Shown here: positions 1 through 10,832 of the stretch, one piece after another
Layout of the letters: each line of letters begins with the position of its first letter
Numbering within the stretch: the stretch's first letter is position 1
NCBI RefSeq assembly: GCF_006345805.1
Contig: NW_021831902.1
Location: 1 to 34,102, forward strand
Length of the DNA: 34,102 nt
Direction: 5' to 3'
DNA from: Octopus sinensis
Lineage: Eukaryota
Position numbers and translations under genes: made by a program
The notes under the pieces: generated by a model
Told to the model about the DNA's origin: nothing
Seen by the model: only the letters and a program-made list of their open reading frames with translations
Database searches by the model: none

Positions 1-483
1 AGATAAAAGGAGTTAAAACGGAAGAATATATATTTTATGAGGAAGAAGAACAGTTTGTTTCGCGTCATAAAATTTTATTCCGTTGTTTGAACTTTTCGTA
101 TTTAACAAACATCCACCTCCGCAAACCGTTGAATACAAAGGCCATCAATCACTAGTTTTCTCTTATTCTTACTGTTTTACCTTTACCATAGAGATAAAAG
201 GTAAAAAAAGGTGAATTCAGAACATGTTTGGGGGAGTGTGAGTAGAAGCGAGTAAGCGAAATACTTCGACGTAATTATAAGTAAAGCACGCTCTATTTTT
301 GTCGATTCACTGCATTATTGGAGTGAGGAGAGAAGATATTTTTCTACACGTGGTTACATTGTCATAAGTGTCGTGAGGGTACATCATGATGGAATGTCAA
401 GGACAGGATGTCAACCAAGGGTTCGTTCATTCGCCAATCAATTAATTTACGTTAATCATGTAATGTCACAATCCAATATATGG

Positions 484-704
484 TGGCGCTATGGCGACGA
501 GCTGGCAGAATCGTTAGCACACCGGGCAAAATGTTTAGCGGCATTTTGTCCGTCTGCACGCTCTGAATTCAAATGCTGCTGGGGTTGATTTTGCCTCTCA
601 TTCTTTCGGGGGTCGATAAAATAAATATCAATTGAACACTGGAGAGAGGCGTCGATGTCATCGACTTAACCATTCCCACGAATTACTCGTACCAAAATTT
701 GGAA
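484..704 (+). mobile_element. tRNA-derived SINE, family A (central GCCTTTCATCCTTTCGGGGTCGATAAA domain, Meta-domain-like)
   Basis: A-box-like TGGCAGAATCG and B-box-like GAATTCAAATGC. Matches many copies in the window. Flanked by an 11-bp direct repeat CCAATATATGG (473-483 and 705-715), a putative TSD. Confidence 0.85.
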
Positions 705-779
705 CCAATATATGGCGGGGCACTTTTTACGTTTTGAGTTCAAATCCCGCGCAATTCACCTTGACCTTTGTCACCTTCC

Positions 780-786
780 ATATATA

Positions 787-828
<42 letters not shown>

Positions 829-858
829 GCACACACACACATATGTATGTATGTGTGT
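780..858. repeat. (TA)n/(CA)n/(TATG)n compound microsatellite
   Basis: Seen directly. Confidence 0.95.
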
Positions 859-1042
859 TCGTCTTCCACCACTACTTGACAATCGATATTGCTTTGTTTA
901 CGTCCCCGTTACAAAGTCGTTCAGCAAAAGAGACCGATAAAATAAGTAGCAGGTTTACAAAAATAGAGAATATGTTTGACTAAACCCTTCAAGACGACGC
1001 CCTAACATGACCTCAGTTCAAGAACTGAAATGAGTAAAAGAT
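859..1042 (+). mobile_element. SINE family B, 3' half
   Basis: ttgacaatcgat...tttacgtccccgt...gttcagcaaaagagaccgataaaataagta matches the copy at 15565-15725. Confidence 0.8.
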
Positions 1043-1097
1043 ATGACACACACACACACACACGTATTAATTTCTATTCCTGTTTCTTCTAATAAAG

Positions 1098-1098
<1 letters not shown>

Positions 1099-1140
<42 letters not shown>

Positions 1141-1148
1141 ACACACAG
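1099..1148. repeat. (CA)n microsatellite
   Basis: Seen directly. Confidence 0.95.
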
Positions 1149-1169
1149 AGCCAGGAACATACGAGCGTG

Positions 1170-1700
1170 TGTGTACCATTTAATATTTATTTTTATTTTG
1201 TGCTTATTGCAAATTAGACGGTCGGCTAACGGCGAACCCATTTCACTTTTTGAGAAACCCTACTCGGTCTGAACTAAGACGTCACAAGAAGAAATACATC
1301 TCCCTACAGAACATATTTAAACACTTTAAATTTAATTGACCTTTCGTTACACAAACTAAAAGCTAAACTTGTCATGCTTCACTGTTTATATTCAAACAGT
1401 TCTGTTGTCAATATTTGCCGATTGCTGTGTGTAGACCTAATCAATAAAGAGAGCAACTCCATGACAGTTCCTCTTTTCTGACTGTCGACGGATGCTCCCT
1501 TCATCGAAAGATCTCGTTCATTTTCCAACCATGCTAAAATTATAGCGGCCATTTTGAAAGCAGACTGCTGGTAAAAACAAATATTTTCATTTCATCGGTT
1601 TTAACTGTTGATATTTCCTTCGTTGGAGAATTTCTTATTGCATCTGGTCACATCTGCTGAGCCATTGGTCAACAATTCTGTCAGCTTTACTTGTCTTTTT
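1170..1700 (-). other. Candidate terminal exon of a minus-strand spliced transcript
   Basis: Strong acceptor (long T tract + CCAG, AG at 1702-1701). Unique, non-repetitive body. Two AATAAA on the minus strand (1197-1192, 1191-1186) followed by a GU-rich (GT)n tract. Confidence 0.45.
1379..1552 (-). CDS. Candidate 57-aa small ORF MAAIILAWLENERDLSMKGASVDSQKRGTVMELLSLLIRSTHSNRQILTTELFEYKQ, no recognisable domain
   Basis: ATG in strong context TTCAAAATGG, inside the candidate exon. Too short for the ORF track. No homology recognised. Confidence 0.2.
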   Translation of the reverse strand: MAAIILAWLENERDLSMKGASVDSQKRGTVMELLSLLIRSTHSNRQILTTELFEYKQ

Positions 1701-1889
1701 CTGGAAAAAAGAAAAAAAAAAACAAGAATATGTGAAAAAAAACTCAAACAAAATGCTCAGAACATTAAAAAGCTGAATAATTTATGAATGAGAAAAACAA
1801 TATTAAAAAAAACAAAACAATACTATTCACCTAAAATAAAATTGCTCCTCTCTCTATTGTAGCCTCATTCAGCTGAAGGGAATTTTAGT

Positions 1890-2094
1890 CTTGCGAGCCA
1901 CATGGCGACTCCACTAGTATTGGTGCCATAAAGAAAAGCACCCAGAACGCTCTTCAAAGTGGTTGGCGTTAGGAAGGGCATCCCGTCCGTAGAAACCATA
2001 TTAAAACGGTAATTGGAGCGCAACCAGTCCTTCGACCCGTCGGATCCTGTCGAACCGTTCAACTCGTGTCAGGATGGAAGACAGACGTTAAAAG

Positions 2095-2126
<32 letters not shown>

Positions 2127-2127
2127 C
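1890..2127 (+). mobile_element. SINE/RTE-type 3' end with (CTA)n tail
   Basis: gtggttggcgttaggaagggcatcccgtccgtagaaacc...ggaagacagacgttaaa followed by (ACT)n at 2095-2126. This is a typical RTE-partnered tail structure. Confidence 0.65.
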
Positions 2128-2143
2128 ACAAGCAAGGGTGACG

Positions 2144-2186
2144 ACTCTTGACATGTTTTGGTTTACTGAGACTTCGTCAGGCAAGT
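2144..2186 (-). ncRNA. Decayed minimal type-I hammerhead ribozyme motif (Penelope-like element type)
   Basis: Minus strand reads CUGACGA-AGUCU-CAGU-AAACC-AAAA-C-AU-G-UC. Three A->G reversions restore a GGUCU/AGACC stem II and the GAAA box. Stem III is the palindrome ACAUGU. Confidence 0.55.
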
Positions 2187-2526
2187 TATATCTTTAACTA
2201 TACTTGCTGAAGTAATAATGAAAAAAAAATCACTAAGCAGCAGAAGATTATAATTTATTGGTGTAGCAGTATGGACTTGAAGAATTTGGAGTCGCTATCT
2301 ACATAAAAACACAACACATAGTTAAGTTAGTGTTAATATATTCAATGCAAAGAACATTAAAAGCCTAAAGCAAAACCAGAACAATTCTAATGCAAATGAG
2401 AAATATAGAACAGCAACAAATTTCTAGAAGAAAAAAGTATTCCGGAAAAGATGCATGCGCAAGAAAATACAATGAAAAGCCAAAAGGATAACTGAGGTGG
2501 TGAAGTTGTGTCGGTAAGGTTTGGAA

Positions 2527-2850
2527 CAGTGGTTCCCAACCGGTATCTACATGGACCCTGGAGGTCCATATAAGATTTTTGGGGGTCCACACAAGAAAAA
2601 TTGTAAATTGGAGATTCCCTGTAATATTGAAAGTGTTCGTGAGAAGATTTTGCTTTATATGTATTTATTGCGAGGAATAGCTGGGTTTCTTTCTCTAATA
2701 TTCTACATGGTTCGGCATATTTCCAGCCACTGAAACATGTTCTCTTAGAGAGTGCTTTTGCAAACATACGCAAATAAACGTGTGAAGAAAAATACAAGCA
2801 TTTTGAAAGAAGTATCTATGAAGCTAGTTTTTAAACATCGAATGACTATA
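2527..2850 (+). mobile_element. hAT (Charlie-like) non-autonomous element fragment, right end uncertain
   Basis: Starts CAGTGGTTCCCAACC. The internal ggtccatataagatttt is shared with the 15252 copy. Confidence 0.55.
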
Positions 2851-2891
2851 TATGTATATTCTTTATTTGTGAATGAAGGCTACCATTGGTT

Positions 2892-3130
2892 TCATGTTAA
2901 GTAGGAAAATATCTTAGTGTATTAATTTTTCAAGCCAATTACATGGAGAAAGATGTTCATTTCCATTTTAGGAAAACACATGTGTTTTTCCAAAATGGCG
3001 GTGAACACCTTTCTCCATGCGATCAGCTTGAATTTGAATTTGTGAATGAAGGCCACCATGATTTCATGTTAAAAAAAGTAAGAAAATTTGTGAAAACACT
3101 AGGATATTTTCTTACTTTTTTTTAACATGA
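2892..3130. repeat. ~240-bp foldback palindrome centred at 2980/2981 with an internal ~50-bp duplication
   Basis: Arms pair outward from CACA|TGTG (ccatttt/aaaatgg, catggagaaag/ctttctccatg, caagc/gcttg, atcttagtgt/acactaggat, tcatgttaa/ttaacatga). Segment 2865-2910 is duplicated at 3038-3087. Confidence 0.85.
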
Positions 3131-3794
3131 CAATATAACACACATATACATACACATACACAAATAACAGACATACACAAACACATACAAATAAAGAAAT
3201 TATATCCACCAATGTGGTGTTGAGCACTCCTTTTCATCGTTCAATATATATATTTATATACACAGAAAGCACGCATACAGAAAGAAATGCTATAATAACT
3301 GGATCATTTATATATACATAAGTCAATAACGCTGACTATAATGTAAAATATATGTAGGAGTAACTTCAGGAAATTTGCGAATTATACATAACCAACACAA
3401 TAGCGGAAGGAAGCTTAAGGAGTGTATAAGAATAAAATATCATTGTACGGAAGGCATTGATGCAACAAATGTAAATTGAAAAGAATGTCTAAATCCGTAT
3501 TCATGAAAAGCAAATTATAGAGAACTCTGAGAAAACGAAAATGACAAGATAGTCCGGTATTCAACATGGCATTAATTACACGTCCCTGGGATTAAGTAAA
3601 AAGAGAAGGTAATTTCCCCAAGTAGTGTTCTTAATTTCCTTCTTAGATCTAATAACAATTAATGAACTGATGGGTAAATGTATTGTATAGAAATTATTTA
3701 AGTAGCATTGGCATAACGCGGACAGATTTTAGTTTGTACACAAACATATGTTTATACCACACACACTCATGTACACATGCATGGACAATATTGT

Positions 3795-3795
<1 letters not shown>

Positions 3796-3838
<43 letters not shown>

Positions 3839-3859
3839 TATATATATATAATATATATA
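3796..3859. repeat. (CA)n(TA)n microsatellite
   Basis: Seen directly. Confidence 0.95.
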
Positions 3860-4019
3860 GGAACGCAAACGCAATTGTGTACTCTTCTGCCGTTGAAAAC
3901 CACATTCATTTTCTCCCTCCAGTTTCCGGTCAGTTTCTTTTTGACCATGTAGCTACTCATGTGCTTTTCGCCTGACGATCCATTCCTTCCTCATTTTCTT
4001 CGTCCCTGGACTTTCTTCC

Positions 4020-4057
4020 ACTGTCTGAAGAAGAGCGAATGTTCGAAATGTCATATT
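4020..4057 (+). ncRNA. Decayed minimal hammerhead motif, probable Penelope-like element 3' relic (~3870-4120)
   Basis: CUGAAGA-A-GAGC-GAAU-GUUC-GAAA-UGUC. One C->T change (CpG decay) from GAAACGUC. Stem I is degenerate. Confidence 0.5.
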
Positions 4058-4574
4058 TTTATTTTCAATTAAATTTCCCTCTAAAACTTTCACCGAGCGT
4101 TAAACTAATATATTCACACCATACATCTTTTTTATATTTTTGTTCTTTGACTCGTCGTTCATCACCGTGTGTGTGCGTGCATATATATATAATATATATA
4201 TAATTATATATATATATATATATTTATATAGGTTTGGTAGAACGAGCAGGATAAATAGAACTCAATACATGGGTATATATATTTTATTACTCTTAATCGG
4301 CAGAAGTTACAGAGTCACTTAAAGACTGAGAGTTTTGTGTAAGGCATTTATCAATCTATGAGAAGTGCCATGAACGAAACTTTTAATCCTTGAGTCACCT
4401 TGTAACTTCTACCAATTATACACACATTCAATGTATTGGATGCAATAGATTGTTTATTATATTGAAATATGATTCGTCTCAGGCTGAGCTGTTCATAAAT
4501 GATTATGTCGTAAACAGCCCAGCCCGGGCCAGCTCCGAGTGATTCCAGGCACCGCGTTCTTTAAATTTATGTCT

Positions 4575-4940
4575 TTTACCTTTTACTTGTTTTTGTCATT
4601 AGAGTGAGGCCATGCTGGGGCACCACCTTTAAGAATTTTTACTCCAATGAATCGACACTAGTACTTACATGTTTTAAAGCTTGGTACTAATTCTATCAGT
4701 CAAACCGAAAAGTTACGAGGGCGTAAACACCGGATGTCAAGCGTTGGTAGTGGTGGACAAAAACGCACACACATATTATACACAACGGGCTTCTTTCAGT
4801 TTCCTTCTACCAAATTCACTTACAAGGCTTTGGTCGGTCCTAGGCTATAGTAGAAGACACTTGTCACACTGGACCTGGAACCCTGTGGATGGAAAGCTAA
4901 TTTTTTATCACTTCTTCACCACACAGCCATACTTGTGCCT
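4575..4940 (-). mobile_element. SINE family B (tRNA head, CORE-like accttgggcaagtgtc, internal microsatellite), with internal deletions
   Basis: Reverse complement of the 15347-15725 copy. Confidence 0.85.
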
Positions 4941-4944
4941 GCCT

Positions 4945-5547
4945 GACGACGAGCTCGGAGCGAACCTTGACGTCGACGACGAATACCTGACCCGCCAGTT
5001 CAGGACGACTTTCGGGACAAGGCCCATGGACAACTTCCAGAGATCCCTGGCCTGGCTGTGCTACTGAGAAGCGCTACCCGTTCGGGATAAGCTCTACAGA
5101 CACGGCTCGAGAAACACGGGGCCGATCTGCCCGAGATGCAGTCAGATAGACGAAACTGTTCTGCACGCACTCGTGCAGTGTCCAACAATTTCCGACCTGT
5201 GGGTTTATGTCGAACGACTGCTGTCACGCGTGGGACGAGTCGGTTTATCAGTCGAGTCTATCGTCAATATTGTCACGCCTCCTTCCTTCAAACGGGAAGA
5301 AAGAGCTATTTTCATCGTTCTTGTGGCTATGGCGAAAGAATGTATCTGGTGGACGCGTCTGAAAGGATTGGAGACAAACACTATCCTCTCTGGTCAATCT
5401 CTCATCAACTTCTTCAAGTATCACTTGAAAAGGAAAGTGTGAGTAGAGAGGCAAGTTTTGTCTAGCGAATGTTTAAAAAATAGATGGGTGAATGTAGTAA
5501 GGATGGCACGTATGAATGACGAAGCCACCTTGAGCATAATCCTATGA
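4945..5547 (+). pseudogene. C-terminus of an L1/Tx1-type non-LTR retrotransposon ORF2 (zf-RVT CCHC), interrupted by two in-frame TGA
   Basis: One frame reads ...FQRSLAWLCY*EALPVRDKLYRHGSRNTGPICPRCSQIDETVLHALVQCPTISDLW...KRKV*VERQVL...RW...IIL*. The CxxC..ETxxH...C motif is typical of L1/Tx1 ORF2. Confidence 0.85.
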
Positions 5548-5907
5548 ACCCGGAAAATTTAAAACAGAGGGTTACCTACTTGCAAACAAATGTGGTAACA
5601 TGTAACATTATTGACCGAAGTTACTGTGGTCTTTTCCGTAGGCTTTTCTTTCCACGGATAAACCTTATCTGCTTCCCCCTTTACACTTTACATCATGACA
5701 TTTATGTAATACACGATCCCTATTGATCGTTTTTTTCTTTTCCTTTTTTTTTCTTTCCCTCTTTTTTTTCTTTCCCTTTTACGATCCCTTTTGATTGAAA
5801 ACCTACCCCACTTTTTTTTTCTCCCCCAAAAGAAAAGCTCTACTTTGTAATCTGTCCCATCTGTGTGCAGCCCTGTGTGGCTAATAAAGAAACATATCTA
5901 TCTATCT
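4945..5907 (+). mobile_element. 5'-truncated Tx1/L1-type LINE with T-rich 3' UTR, AATAAA (5883-5888) and (ATCT)3 end
   Basis: ORF remnant above. The 3' UTR (5770-5893) closely matches 29510-29640. Confidence 0.85.
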
Positions 5908-6104
5908 AACACGGATACAAAGGCTTACCCGTTGCTCGCAAACCAATTATGACCAAGTAGCGTATACCATGCTTTTGCTAATTGCTTTTAAGGGCCTATG
6001 TAGTTGCAAACAGGAATGGATACGATTTCGGCCATTCCAGTGGAACATCAAGGATGTAACAGCCGAAGAGAGAAAAAGCTACACTGGCAGTCAGTTGGCA
6101 TTCA

Positions 6105-6243
6105 TTTTCAGTTGAGTAGCCTGAGGTAACGTGAAATGATGTCCTTTGTTCAAGAACACAATACACCACCCAGCCTAAAAATCGAACTCACAACCTTAAA
6201 TGGTCGTGAGTCAACACCCTAACCACTAGGCTACATGCCTTCA
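6105..6243 (-). mobile_element. tRNA-derived SINE family C, degenerate
   Basis: ccctaaccactaggc and aatcgaactcaca are the reverse complement of the A/B boxes of the 7683 copy. Confidence 0.7.
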
Positions 6244-6667
6244 TATATGTACACGCGATGCTTCCTGATTACTAAAGAAAGAAAAAAGAAAAAATATTTG
6301 CAAGTATTTATTTATCAGAGGTTTATTGTAGAAGACACTAATTTAAGGTGCTGTGCATTGGGATCGAACGAGGTGCCTCGTTGTTTCTAAGCGTATTTCT
6401 AAACCACATTGCTATGTCTGCATTCAGGCTTACTTGATAATGAAAGCTAGAATTTTTTGTTCAGCTATGATATGGCCTTCATATTGTTATATGGCATTAA
6501 CGATATAAGTATACCTAAATTGGATTCCAGACGGGAATCGAAACCGGTTTCCCATCACCACTAAGAAGCTGAGCTGAGCCCGGTATATTGAGAAGAAAGA
6601 AATGAAAAGAAAACGTTAAAGAAGAATTCTTTAACCAAATGTATGGGGAAAGCGTGTGTATAAAAAC

Positions 6668-6848
6668 TCACACACATACGAACACACAGATATACATAGA
6701 AACATACAACTACACGTACATATACACATCCAGAAACAGCATATACAAACACACATATGGAAGCACACGTATACACTTATACGTATTCAGATACTTTTAC
6801 ACATACACAAATACACACATACACAAACACACTCACATAAATATATAG
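6668..6848. repeat. Degenerate (CA/TA)n low-complexity tract
   Basis: Seen directly. Confidence 0.85.
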
Positions 6849-7133
6849 TTAAACTGCATAGGAAAAAAAATAAGCAAACAATTTTTCCAAATAATTCCTC
6901 GTTTTGAGCTAGAATGTGCAGAGAATTTCCTATACAACATGGAAGCGACACCAGTGACATGGCGAAATAGGTCAGGTATTGTTTACTGGCAGACATGTTT
7001 GGTGTGGTTATTTATTTATTGATGATATGGGGATGATGATGATGATAGGTATGACGGGAAGGAGCTATGGCAGTTTTTTCTTTTGGTAAAGGTAAAATAT
7101 AAAAATAAAAACAAAATTTAATTCTAGTATATA

Positions 7134-7168
<35 letters not shown>

Positions 7169-7465
7169 ATTCACGTGCACACCTTGTGAGTGAATGAATG
7201 TGTGTGTACAGAAATTCTACCATGAGAATTATTGATTTTATTACATTGATTAAGCAACAAGGCTTTTTACATATAAAGATTTACAAGGGAAAAATCGGAA
7301 AGCTGTGGCGTTCATGGCTTTCTTAACGATATTAGCGAATAGGGGGAATCGATGCTGAGTGGAGGATCTTAAAAGCAACAAACAAAAAGCAAATATATTT
7401 CTTTGTTAATTAGGCACAGTATTAATTTGTGGGAAGTAAAGGAGGCAGTTGGAAGATATAGATGA

Positions 7466-7487
7466 CTGATTGGCTGGACCACGTGAT
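7466..7487 (-). promoter_or_regulatory. E-box + CCAAT (USF/NF-Y-like) module
   Basis: Minus strand atCACGTGgtccagCCAATcag, with the full NF-Y-type flank AGCCAATCAG. Motif evidence only. Confidence 0.25.
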
Positions 7488-7511
7488 GTTAATAAATCGT
7501 AAGATGTGGAA

Positions 7512-7680
7512 CAGGTATGGCTGTGTGGTTGAGAAGTTCGCTTTACAACTGCATGGCTCCACGTTCGATCCCAACTGCGCGGTAAATTGAACAAATGTCT
7601 TCTACTGGAGAATCGTGTTGACTAATAATATCTGGTGAGAGAAATTTGGAAGATAGATACCGTACAGAAGTTCGTTATGT
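7512..7680 (+). mobile_element. SINE family B 5' part, degenerate
   Basis: tggctgtgtggttgagaagttcgctt...gttcgatccca head. Confidence 0.7.
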
Positions 7681-7682
7681 GT

Positions 7683-7917
7683 GTGTGGCTTAGTGGTTAG
7701 GGTGTTGCACTCATGATCGTAAGATTGTGGTTTCGATTCCTGGACAGGACGATGTTTTGTATTCTTGAGTAAAACGCTTCATTTCATGTTGCTCTAGTTC
7801 ACTCAGCTGGCAAAACTGAGTAATTCTGCGACGGACAGGCGTTCCTTTCAGTGAGAAATATATGTCACAGAATCCGGGAAACCTGTTTTATGAACCTATG
7901 ATTGTCGAAGGACCTTT
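7683..7917 (+). mobile_element. tRNA-derived SINE family C (V-domain-like gcgacggacaggcgttcc)
   Basis: A box TGGCTTAGTGG and B box GTTTCGATTCC. Inverted copies at 8380-8612 and 8700-8833. Confidence 0.8.
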
Positions 7918-8379
7918 GATCCTATTGATTTTATATATCTCAACCAAAAATTAGGAAATGGAGCAGATAAAATCCAACCTACATATGTCTCATAGCTAAT
8001 AGAACCCTGGAAATAGTAATTACCCAAACGAGGGGTAATCCGCTAGCTGCTCGTCGGGCCAAAGATACCATAATCAGATGAAGTGTAAACACAGGCTCGG
8101 CCCTAAACATGCATACATCCACACGTACAGGGATGAGTCTGTGTTTCTCTTTACACAAATCAAAAACTGGTGAGTACTTTATCGCCCTTTTTGTTTCATA
8201 ATTTAGCGGTTTGACAAAAGGACATCGATGAAATAAGTACTGCGGTTTAATGTAATCGACTAAAATTAGTAAAAAGAGTAAGAGAACATAGCGCATCTTG
8301 CTATCAGGAGTATTCTCCAACTGCAATGTAGAGAAAATGTTATAAGTATTTATTAAGACACCCTATCATAAAAAAAAAT

Positions 8380-8612
8380 CGAAGGTCCTTCCAGAGCCAT
8401 GGTCTCATAAGACTGGTTTTTCGGATTTTGTGGCGAATATATCTGTCACCTAGACGGGTTACTGGTCCGTCGCAGGTTTACTAATTTTTGCCAGCGGAGT
8501 GAACAGGAGCGATGTGAAGAAGTATTTTTGTCAAGGATATAAGCATCACCCAGTCTAGGAATCGAAACTACAACTTTGGGTGCAACACTAAGCACTAAAC
8601 CACGCGCCTCCA
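8380..8612 (-). mobile_element. SINE family C
   Basis: Reverse complement of 7683-7917, including the aaggacctt tail. Confidence 0.75.
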
Positions 8613-8699
8613 AATCGATCACCTGAAATATTATATCACGTGATCGGCCAGAATATTGGATGTTGTCATACACCGTTGGCCACAATGCGCTTTGCAGTG

Positions 8700-8833
8700 T
8701 TTTAGGTGAGTGGACTGGAGCAATGTCAAATGCAGTGTTTTGTTCAAGAGCACAGCGCACAGGGGGTCTGGGGTCGAAACCACGATCTCACGCTCGTGAG
8801 TCAGACACGCCTAACCACTAGGCCATGCCCCTT
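8700..8833 (-). mobile_element. SINE family C 5' part
   Basis: gtcgaaaccacgatc...cctaaccactaggccatg. Confidence 0.7.
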
Positions 8834-8844
8834 CACGCACACTT

Positions 8845-8875
<31 letters not shown>

Positions 8876-9149
8876 TAGAACACTATTATAATGAACATAA
8901 CAACTTCTTGTCCCTGTAGGGGGGGAATTCAAACGAATCCTCTTTAGCCCTTATGCAAATAGAAATCCTCCTCCTCATCATCATCAGCAGCAGCAAGTGT
9001 CGGTAGGGTTTCAATTTCCGGTTAGAATCGTTTCATTTCGCTAACCGCTGCAAAGGCACCTGGGAAAAGAATAACCGTCGCCCCTTCATGTTTCTTTTGC
9101 TCTCCAAAGATTCTAGGCTTCGTAGCCTAATTAATAAATTATGTCGGTG

Positions 9150-9385
9150 GGGATAGCAGACTCGGTAGCAGGTCAGATATGAATTTATACGTTCCGAGTT
9201 CAAACCCAACCGAGATTAGCATTTCATTTTTTTTTCATTTCCCTACATGGGGATCAGTGAAATAAGCACTCGTCTGCAATATACGGGTGGTATAGGGGCA
9301 ACAAGATTTTTGTTTTTTATCGACTGTATTACGTACTTATTCACTCCCCTGTAAATTTGTGGGCATCATGCCACAATTAGAAAGC
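9150..9385 (+). mobile_element. Old SINE family A copy
   Basis: acgttccgagttcaaac...gtgaaataagcac...gtgccacaattagaaa-like tail. Confidence 0.55.
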
Positions 9386-9904
9386 ATTTATTAATGAAAT
9401 GACAACAGTGGCAAGTTTTCAAAAAGCTAACATGAACGAACATTCTATACAAATATGAGAAGGAAGTGGGGGTGGGGGCAACTTCTTCCACTCCAGTAAA
9501 CAAAATGAACGATTTCTGAATAAACAAGTTGAAAAAAAATAAACGTCATTATTGATTATTGATTACGTTGGTTATGATTTTCTGAAGATAAATAACAAAG
9601 AAAAATTCCAAAACAAAAAAGTAACCAAAATCCTCCCCCCCTCTAAGAAAACAAAGAGAAAAACCCCTTAACAAAAATTTATTTTGTTTTAGTGAAGAAA
9701 CAAACTGATTTTAGCACGGAGTGGGGGGCTCAGTACTGAAAAAAAAAACCTATTTGTTTATCTGTCCTCGGACACGAGTACACGACCAGACACTATAAGA
9801 GCCATGAAAGTATCCCTTACGAGGTCACTCGACATGTTAGAAACAGTAGCTTTATCTCCCTGAAATGTCTCTATCGTCTTAATTACGGAAAATAAATGTT
9901 AAAT

Positions 9905-10057
9905 AGGTGGAGTTGCTAGGGTGTTTGTCGTCCGGGGCAGCCCTTGAGTGTGCCGCGCCCCCACCCGGGCCTCCACAAAAAATACAACACCCTGAACAGA
10001 CCTAAAAGTGCCGCCTGGGCGAAACGCTTCTCGCTCCCTACCCTAGGTACGCTACTG
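9905..10057. mobile_element. GC-rich hAT-like MITE
   Basis: Imperfect TIRs aggtggagttgctagggt / accctaggtacgctactg, with internal gccgccc(t/g)gggc subterminal motifs. It interrupts a family D repeat. No clear TSD. Confidence 0.6.
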
Positions 10058-10775
10058 ATAATGTAGATATATATATATACACACTCTTCTCAGATGCTGC
10101 AAGGCCAAATGTTTAAGAAGTTCGCTTCGCAACCATGTGACAATCGAATTCGAACCCGTCGTGTACCATAACTTTGGATTGAACTCTAAGCCTTTGTGAG
10201 TGAAATTACGTAAACGGAAACTATGCGGCAGGATAAACTGTACCTGTGATTCTTAAACCCAGATTTGACAGCTCATCGTCCCGAGTTTAGACCCACTGCG
10301 TGACACCTTGAATAAGTATCTTCTTCTGCAGTCCTGGGTTGAACAAAACCTTGTGAATAGATTTAGCAGACAGAAACTGAAAGAAGCTCATCGGATATGT
10401 GTGTATGTGTGGTGTGTGTATGTATGGTGTGTGTGAAAAGACAGAGGGAGAGGGAGAGTGTGTGTGAGTTTACTGTCTCCTTGTCTTGACATCGCATGAT
10501 TCTGCCAGAGAATTACGTCGAAGCTTCACGACTCCCGTTGCTCGAACAACTGAAATCTCATCTTAAAAACCGATGGCGATGCAATTACTTTGTAAATATC
10601 TAAAAAGGCGAAATGGTCACGGCTGGGATACCTTTGGTAAAAATACCAACACGACTAGGACTGACCTTGGGTTAAGCAACAACTACAACCAGGCGCTATA
10701 ATGAAGCAAGAAGAAAGTCTTTGTGTTGTCGCTCGACATAACCCAATCTCTGTCAAATCCCGTATTCTACCGCTT

Positions 10776-10787
10776 GAGAGAGAAGAG

Positions 10788-10832
<45 letters not shown>

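Noticed and set aside
7683-7745. tRNA-like sequences here and at 12030-12103
   Set aside because: They are SINE heads: no complete cloverleaf, and they continue into SINE bodies.
8900-9075. Minus-strand acceptor TTCTTTTCCCAG and acidic stretch AAADDDEEED
   Set aside because: An in-frame stop precedes the stretch, there is no convincing donor, and it is explained by short triplet repeats.
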